Shown here piece after piece: positions 58,309 to 64,000 of a DNA stretch of 64,000 nucleotides (position 1 is its first letter; every line of letters begins with the position of its first letter). The translations under genes and the position numbers were made by a program. The DNA is from Planctomycetota bacterium. GTDB lineage: Bacteria > Planctomycetota > UBA8108 > SXIK01. The notes beneath the pieces are model-generated. The model had not been told where the DNA came from. It saw only the letters and a program-made list of their open reading frames with translations, and did not search any database. The DNA lies in assembly GCA_965223845.1 (NCBI GenBank), contig CBDCXR010000004.1, forward strand, positions 3,776,001 through 3,840,000, written 5' to 3'.

Positions 58309-59859
58309 ATGCGCTTCACCCTCGCGTTCTGCGCTCTAACTCTGGTCGTCGCGTTCTCGTCCATCGCGCGAGCCGAAGACTTCGTTCGCGGTGATGGGAA
58401 CGGCGACGCGGCGGTCGACATCGCCGATCCGGTTTTCGTCTTTCTCGCCCTCTTCGGCAGCGAAGGTCCTCTACCCTGCGCCGACGCGGCGGACGCCAAC
58501 GACGACGGCGCTGTCGACGTCGCGGACGTCGCCTATCTCCTCAACTATCTCTTCGGCGACGGGACCGCCCCGCCGCCGCCGGGTGACGGCCCATGCGGAG
58601 GCGTCGACCCGACGCTCGACGAGCTCGCGTGTTCGGAGCCGCTCGAACCGCCGCTCGCGAGCGGACCACCGAGGCTCCGCTGGACGGCGACGTACGCGCC
58701 GGCACGGGGACTGGAGCAGCGAACTCGGCTCCCTCTTTCGACGGAAAGCGACGACACGGTCCGCGCCGACCTCGGCGTCGCGTTTTCCCTGCTTCTCGAG
58801 GCTTCGGCACATCCGGACGGCCGCGCGCCCGTCGAGATTCTGCTCGACCCTCACACTGTCGATCCGGAAGTCCTCGCCGTACGCTGCGATCGCGATCTCC
58901 TCTCGCCCGAGGGGATCGTCCCGGCCGGCACCAATCTCGCCCCGTGGTTCTCACGCGAGACCGAGGGCTGGATCGACCCGATCTACCTCACCCAGGAGGT
59001 CGCGCTCCGGGTCGATCGCCTCACCTCGGTAGGACCGATCGATCCGGGTCGCCACGTGTTCACAGCGGAAGCGGTCGACACCGCTTGCGCTCGTGCGTCT
59101 CCTGCTGCGATCGCGATCGAGATCGTACCGTCGCTCGCCCCGCGGATCTCCATCGCCGCGATCGACGAGACCGGAGCTCCGCACCCCCACCACGCGGGGA
59201 GCGGCAACCTTCGCGTTTCGCCCGGAGCGGACGACATCCTCCTCGAGATCGATGCCACCCCGAACGCCGCCGTTGAGGACGCGCCCATCGACGCGGAGAG
59301 TCTACACGTCTCGTCCTCGCCGCCGGTGGACGGCGCGGCCGATCTCACGGAACGATTCGAGCGCGTCGCACCGACTCTCTGCCGATGGCGGGGCCGCGTC
59401 CCCGTGCGCGAGCTCACGCCCGGGAACACGACGATCACGGTTTCGCTTCGGTCGGCGAATGACGCCGCGGCGAGCAGCGTCCTCTTCACGATCGAGCTCG
59501 AGGTGTCGTACGCCCGCGACGTCCAGTCGATTTGGAACGCCAACTGCTCCGGCTGCCACGAGGGGCCGAACGCGGCGCGCGGACTCGAGCTCGTCGCGCC
59601 CGGAGAAGACCCGGAGGAAATTCGGCGCTCCTTCGTCAACGTGTTCGCTGCGGGGCCGTCGATCGAATCGGTCGCGCCGGTTCACGTCCGCCCGTTCTTT
59701 CCGCGCCGGAGCTACCTCTTTCACAAGCTCGAGGGCACGCACCTCGACGAGCCCGTCCGCGGCAGCGGCGAACGCATGCCGGCGGACGGTCCGCCGTACT
59801 TGAGTGAGGCTGCCATCCACACGGTCCGGAGCTGGATCGTCCAGGGCGCCGCTCCGTAA
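58309..59859 (+). CDS. Secreted protein with an N-terminal dockerin-like module and a C-terminal planctomycete-type cytochrome c domain
   Basis: Signal ending IARA-ED; FVRGDGNGD...DANDDG; VSYARDVQSIWNANCSGCH...SYLFHKL...RMP...WIVQGA (CxxCH plus distal Met). Confidence 0.85.
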   Translation: MRFTLAFCALTLVVAFSSIARAEDFVRGDGNGDAAVDIADPVFVFLALFGSEGPLPCADAADANDDGAVDVADVAYLLNYLFGDGTAPPPPGDGPCGGVDPTLDELACSEPLEPPLASGPPRLRWTATYAPARGLEQRTRLPLSTESDDTVRADLGVAFSLLLEASAHPDGRAPVEILLDPHTVDPEVLAVRCDRDLLSPEGIVPAGTNLAPWFSRETEGWIDPIYLTQEVALRVDRLTSVGPIDPGRHVFTAEAVDTACARASPAAIAIEIVPSLAPRISIAAIDETGAPHPHHAGSGNLRVSPGADDILLEIDATPNAAVEDAPIDAESLHVSSSPPVDGAADLTERFERVAPTLCRWRGRVPVRELTPGNTTITVSLRSANDAAASSVLFTIELEVSYARDVQSIWNANCSGCHEGPNAARGLELVAPGEDPEEIRRSFVNVFAAGPSIESVAPVHVRPFFPRRSYLFHKLEGTHLDEPVRGSGERMPADGPPYLSEAAIHTVRSWIVQGAAP

Positions 59860-60044
59860 CGGTCGCTGGCGATCGCAGAGCTCGAATCCACCGGGACGCC
59901 GAGCAGAATCCGCAGTGACACGGATCTCGGGTAGGATCTGAAAGAGTAAGCGAGCAGAACTCCGCCGCGATTCGACCCGGAGAGTCCGCCTGCTCGCGGT
60001 GCGTCACGCGACTTCAACCAAGTTCATTCTCCGAGGAGTTGACC

Positions 60045-60614
60045 ATGCGCCGAAAAACGTGGCTCGGCGGTGTGCTCTCTGTGCTCGCCCTCACGCTTCT
60101 CATCTCGCCCGACGGCCGCGCTCGTTCCCAGTCGGGGGACGCGGGTGACGACGGCCCGAAGAAACCCGAGACCGCGACCGTCGACCGCGCCGCGCTCGAA
60201 GCAGAGTTCGCCAAGACGCTCGAAAACGCCGTCCTCGTCGGCAAATTTCGGCTGATCTCGAACGACGAGATCGGCGACGAGAAGCCCGAGCGCTACGAGA
60301 TTCGGTCGGCGAAGAAGCTCGCGGGCGATCGCTGGATCATCACCGCTCGCGTCAAGTACGGCACGCTCGACGTCGAGTTTCCGTTCCCGGTCGACGTCGT
60401 GTGGGCCGGCGATACACCGATCATCTCTGTCACCGACGTGCGCTTTCTCACGTACGGTCCGTACACCGCTCGCGTCATGGTCTACCGCGGACTCTACACC
60501 GGAACCTGGTTCGGTCCCGGTCACGGCGGACTCATGAGCGGCCGCGTCGAACGCGCCGCAGCGGACGCGAAGGACGCGAAAGACGCAGAACGCGCCGAGC
60601 CGAAATCGGAGTAG
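60045..60614 (+). CDS. Secreted conserved hypothetical protein
   Basis: GAGGAG SD, signal peptide and a beta-rich body (WAGDTPII...YTARV...YTGTW..GHGG.MSG). Confidence 0.8.
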   Translation: MRRKTWLGGVLSVLALTLLISPDGRARSQSGDAGDDGPKKPETATVDRAALEAEFAKTLENAVLVGKFRLISNDEIGDEKPERYEIRSAKKLAGDRWIITARVKYGTLDVEFPFPVDVVWAGDTPIISVTDVRFLTYGPYTARVMVYRGLYTGTWFGPGHGGLMSGRVERAAADAKDAKDAERAEPKSE

Positions 60615-60650
60615 GCTCCTCGTCCGAACGCGAGATCACGGACCGATGAC

Positions 60651-63600
60651 TCACGCCTTCGCGAGGTAGATCACAACTTCGGTTCCAGCGCCCGTGGCGG
60701 CCTTGAGGCGGAGGTCCCCTCCGTGTCCTCGCACCGCGCCGTATGCGATCGAGAGCCCGATCCCTGAATTGCCGTCGGACAGCTTGGTCGTGAAGAACGG
60801 CTCGAGAGCGCGCTCGCGCTCGGGCTCGTTCATCCCGGGGCCGCTGTCTCGGATGCGCACTTCAACGTACGCTCCGTCGAGAAGCCCCCCGGGATCGTCC
60901 ACGAGACGAGTGTTCGACGTGCGAACGGTCAGCGTACCCGTCGTCGCCATCGCTTCTCGCGCGTTCCGAAGGATCGCCTCGAAGGCGGCGGACAGTCGAT
61001 TCCGCTGCGCGCGAACCGGCCACAGTCCGACTTGCGCGCGAAAATCGACTCGCACGCCGCCCCGGCTCGCCGTCTCGGCATCGACGAGCGACTGGAGAAG
61101 AGCGTTGAGATCGATCTCCTCTTCCGGCTCCGACGAATCGTTCGCGCTGCCGCAGAAGAGAGCCAGCCGATCGGTGAGCTCCTGGGCCTCGGTAAGACGT
61201 TCGAGCAGACGGTCGTCGACGCTGGGAGGATGTTCCTCGGAGCCGAGAAACGCGTCCAGGTGGTCGAGGATCCCGCGCAAGTCGCGAGAGAGTCGGCGCG
61301 AGAGTCCTTGGAGACTCTCGAGACGACGATCGCGCTCGCGAAGCGCCGCGACGCGCGCCTCCCGAGTCTCTTCGACGACGACGACGACACGGGTTCGTTG
61401 CCCACCCCCGATCGTGAATCCGCGCAAACGAAAGATCCGCTCGTCGGCGTCGTTCGGGCGGAACCCCTGAATCGAAAACGGTTCTCCCGCCGCGAGCATG
61501 CGAAGAGGAGCGTCGAGGTCGCGATGCGCGAAGAAGGGGAGGAGCGTGAGGGGCCGTCCGACGACATCGTCGAGTCGCGCCGGATCGATTCCGAGGCTCT
61601 CGGCGGCATTCCCGTTGAAGTCGATGACGCGGCCGCCGGCGTCGAGGACGAAAAGCGGATGGGGATAACTCGCGAACAGCGCGCGGTACCGCGTCTGTCG
61701 CCGGCGGTGCGCGAGCGACCACCGAAGCACGATCGCCAGCGCAGCGAGCCCGACGATCGCCGCCACGGCGAGGAGCGCGCTCGTGACCCAGTCCCGCGAC
61801 GGCGCGAAGCCTGCGACGGAAAACCGGTGCACGATCGGCTCCCGGCAACTGTTGCCGTCGCGATCGCGCACCTCGACTTCGAGGACGTGATCCCCCGCGG
61901 CCAGCGGCCCCACACGAAGCGAGCTCTCGTGCGAGAACACGGACCACGGCTCGTTGTCGACGCGAGTGCGGTAGAGAAGCTCCCCGGGCGGCGTATCACC
62001 CCGGTGATCGTTCGCTCCCCACGAAAACGTGCCGACGCCGTCCTCATCGATCTCGTTCGGCAGGTCGCGGTGCGTGAAGCGAGGCGGGCGCCGCCCCTCG
62101 AGCGGTCGGTAGCGCCACACGCCTTGTCCATGAGTTCCGATGAGGAGAGTTCCCGGCTCCGAAACCGATGGAAAGACCGGCCAAACGCCGCTCCAACGAT
62201 CGCCGGCCGAGCCGACGGGGACGTCGTAGAAACATTCGCCGTCGAAGCGGGTAAGCCCTCGATCCGTCCCGAACCAGAGATCGTCCCCGAGAGTCCTGAT
62301 CGACCACACCGCGCTCGAAATCTCGCGAAAGCTCTCGACCTCGTCGCCACGGATGCGGCTCACCCCGGTGGCGGAGTCCGGGTAGCAGACCCAGATCGAT
62401 CCGTCGGAACCTTCCGCGACCGACCACGTCGCGGACGAGAGCAGCCCGTCGTCGAGATCCCACTGCTGCTCCGGGACGAATCGCGGCTCGCCGACTTCCT
62501 CGCCGGAGAGAAACCGGCCACGAAAGACGCCGCGATCGGTAGCGAGCCAGAGCTCACCCGTCCGGAGGCGAAGGAGGTCGTTGACCGCGTACCGGCCGCC
62601 CTCGAGGCTCACCGTCTCGAATTGGGATCCGGTGAGCACCGAATGACGAAAGATCGCCGAGCTCGGGCCGTCGACGTCGCGGTGCGGGAGAAACCACAGC
62701 TCGCCGCGCCAATCCTTCACAATCCGGGCGATGCGGTGATCGCGAAGGCCCGGCGCGGTGACGCGGTGCCAATTGATCCCGTCGTAGACGTGCGCACCCA
62801 AGAACGCGTTCGAAGTGATCCAGACTCGTCCTTCGCCGTCTTCGGCGAGGCCGGTGACGCGCGGAAACGGAAACGACTGAATCCGTCCGCTGCGTTCGTG
62901 GAGCACGACGGCACTGTCCATGCCGGCGAAGACGTCCCCGCCGCTGGTTTCGATGAGACTGAGAACACTCGGATGGACTCCCTCGTGCCCGGTCTCGACG
63001 TGCGACCAGCGACGCGACTCGGGATCGAAGACGGCGATTCCTCCCGGTCCCACGCGGAACCAGACGACGCCCGAGGTGTCGACGATCTCCGCCGCGAGCG
63101 CGACCGACCCGATGCCCAGCTCCGCCGCCGTCTCCCAATCGCGACCGTCCGGCGAGACGATGACTCGGCCGTCCTCGGTCGTCGCGACGTAGATGCCGTC
63201 GTGGAGGCGGAGGATCCTCGTCACGCTTCGATCCGGCGCACTCGCCGGACGCCAAACCTCGCCGTCGAGTCGAGCGAGAATGCCCGACGCCCCGGTCTCG
63301 GTGCTCGCATCGTCGCGCGGGACGAACCATCCCCACAGCTCGGCGCTCTCTTCCCCGCCGATCGGATCGCCCGCTGCTCGCCGCGGCGACGCTTCGTGCT
63401 CGACGCGGAAAAACCGCACGCAAACCTGGTCGCCGAGCCGCGGATCGACCTCCCGGCGTTCGACCCGTTTCCACCGCTTTCGACTGAGATCGCGCGTGAA
63501 GAGATCGAACGTCGTCGCGATCCAGTGGCGGCCGTCTCCGGCGACTGCGTACGCGCGGATCTCGCCGGTCACGTTGAGAAGAGGCTGATCCTCCGGGTCG

Positions 63601-64000
63601 AGAGGAGAGAGAGCCTCGCGGCGAATCTTGAAGTGACGGCGCTCCCCGCCGTCGAGAAGAAAGAGCTCGCCGAAACGTCCGCGCGCGAGAAAGAGACTCT
63701 GGCCTCGGTACACCGGTTCGAGGACGCCCTCGCCGAGGAGACGCCAGAGCACGCCCGCGCCGAGCGCGTAGATCTCCTTGAGCGACTCGGCGATCGTCGT
63801 GATGTCCGGCGCCGGATTCCCCGCCGGGAACGGAAACACGTCCCACTGCCACAGGTCGTAGCGGCACACACCGAGATTCGTCGCGGCGTAGACCTCGTTC
63901 GTGCTCGCTTGAAGGAGAGCCGTCACCGAGTTCGAGTTGAGTCCGTCCTCGCGCGAGTAGCTGTTCCAGCGCCACGCTTCGCCGAGCGCCGCTCGCAGCC
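60651..64000 (-). CDS. Sensor histidine kinase-like protein: two-component regulator beta-propellers, Y_Y_Y domain, TM, PAS and HATPase_c; 5' end lies outside the window
   Basis: The frame is open to the edge (WRWNSYSREDGLNSNSVT). Propeller repeats GELWLATDRG and LWFGTDRG; N box RNAREAM, G1 DSGPGM, F EPFFTTK, G2 GIGLS. The H-box is degenerate. Confidence 0.88.
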   Translation of the reverse strand, partial: LRAALGEAWRWNSYSREDGLNSNSVTALLQASTNEVYAATNLGVCRYDLWQWDVFPFPAGNPAPDITTIAESLKEIYALGAGVLWRLLGEGVLEPVYRGQSLFLARGRFGELFLLDGGERRHFKIRREALSPLDPEDQPLLNVTGEIRAYAVAGDGRHWIATTFDLFTRDLSRKRWKRVERREVDPRLGDQVCVRFFRVEHEASPRRAAGDPIGGEESAELWGWFVPRDDASTETGASGILARLDGEVWRPASAPDRSVTRILRLHDGIYVATTEDGRVIVSPDGRDWETAAELGIGSVALAAEIVDTSGVVWFRVGPGGIAVFDPESRRWSHVETGHEGVHPSVLSLIETSGGDVFAGMDSAVVLHERSGRIQSFPFPRVTGLAEDGEGRVWITSNAFLGAHVYDGINWHRVTAPGLRDHRIARIVKDWRGELWFLPHRDVDGPSSAIFRHSVLTGSQFETVSLEGGRYAVNDLLRLRTGELWLATDRGVFRGRFLSGEEVGEPRFVPEQQWDLDDGLLSSATWSVAEGSDGSIWVCYPDSATGVSRIRGDEVESFREISSAVWSIRTLGDDLWFGTDRGLTRFDGECFYDVPVGSAGDRWSGVWPVFPSVSEPGTLLIGTHGQGVWRYRPLEGRRPPRFTHRDLPNEIDEDGVGTFSWGANDHRGDTPPGELLYRTRVDNEPWSVFSHESSLRVGPLAAGDHVLEVEVRDRDGNSCREPIVHRFSVAGFAPSRDWVTSALLAVAAIVGLAALAIVLRWSLAHRRRQTRYRALFASYPHPLFVLDAGGRVIDFNGNAAESLGIDPARLDDVVGRPLTLLPFFAHRDLDAPLRMLAAGEPFSIQGFRPNDADERIFRLRGFTIGGGQRTRVVVVVEETREARVAALRERDRRLESLQGLSRRLSRDLRGILDHLDAFLGSEEHPPSVDDRLLERLTEAQELTDRLALFCGSANDSSEPEEEIDLNALLQSLVDAETASRGGVRVDFRAQVGLWPVRAQRNRLSAAFEAILRNAREAMATTGTLTVRTSNTRLVDDPGGLLDGAYVEVRIRDSGPGMNEPERERALEPFFTTKLSDGNSGIGLSIAYGAVRGHGGDLRLKAATGAGTEVVIYLAKA

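Overview
A high-GC, gene-dense chromosomal window. Several features suggest an uncultured Planctomycetota genome (inference): cysteine-capped dockerin-like RGD-x-N/D-x-DG modules, a PSCyt1-type cytochrome c domain, DUF1080/ThuA and PQQ-propeller proteins, and a DUF1800/DUF1501 pair. About 48 real CDSs are present; most other ORFs in the track are antisense or off-frame shadows. Recognisable core content: a CCA-adding enzyme, a PLP trans-sulfuration enzyme, fbp, a TroABCD-type metal ABC transporter with DtxR-like domains fused to its permeases, three-subunit sdhCAB, the carboxynorspermidine dehydrogenase/decarboxylase pair, an MtlD-like dehydrogenase with an orphan E2 and lipB, glnD-glnK-amtB, an ECF sigma/zinc anti-sigma pair, a RhaS/LsrB-like sugar ABC operon divergent from a Tm-1-like/TIM-barrel pair, and trkA-trkH-rhomboid. 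The best candidate for an undescribed system is 54266-59859: a Tat-exported DUF1501, a DUF1800 carrying a dockerin and two inserted EF-hand pairs, and a divergent dockerin-cytochrome c protein. Other notable items are a candidate 6S-like RNA missing from the ORF track, a stand-alone archaeal-type ThrRS editing domain, a sensor kinase lacking its H-box His, and two degenerate MITE-like hairpins. I saw no rRNA, tRNA, CRISPR array or transposase. All family calls come from motif recognition by eye, not from database searches.
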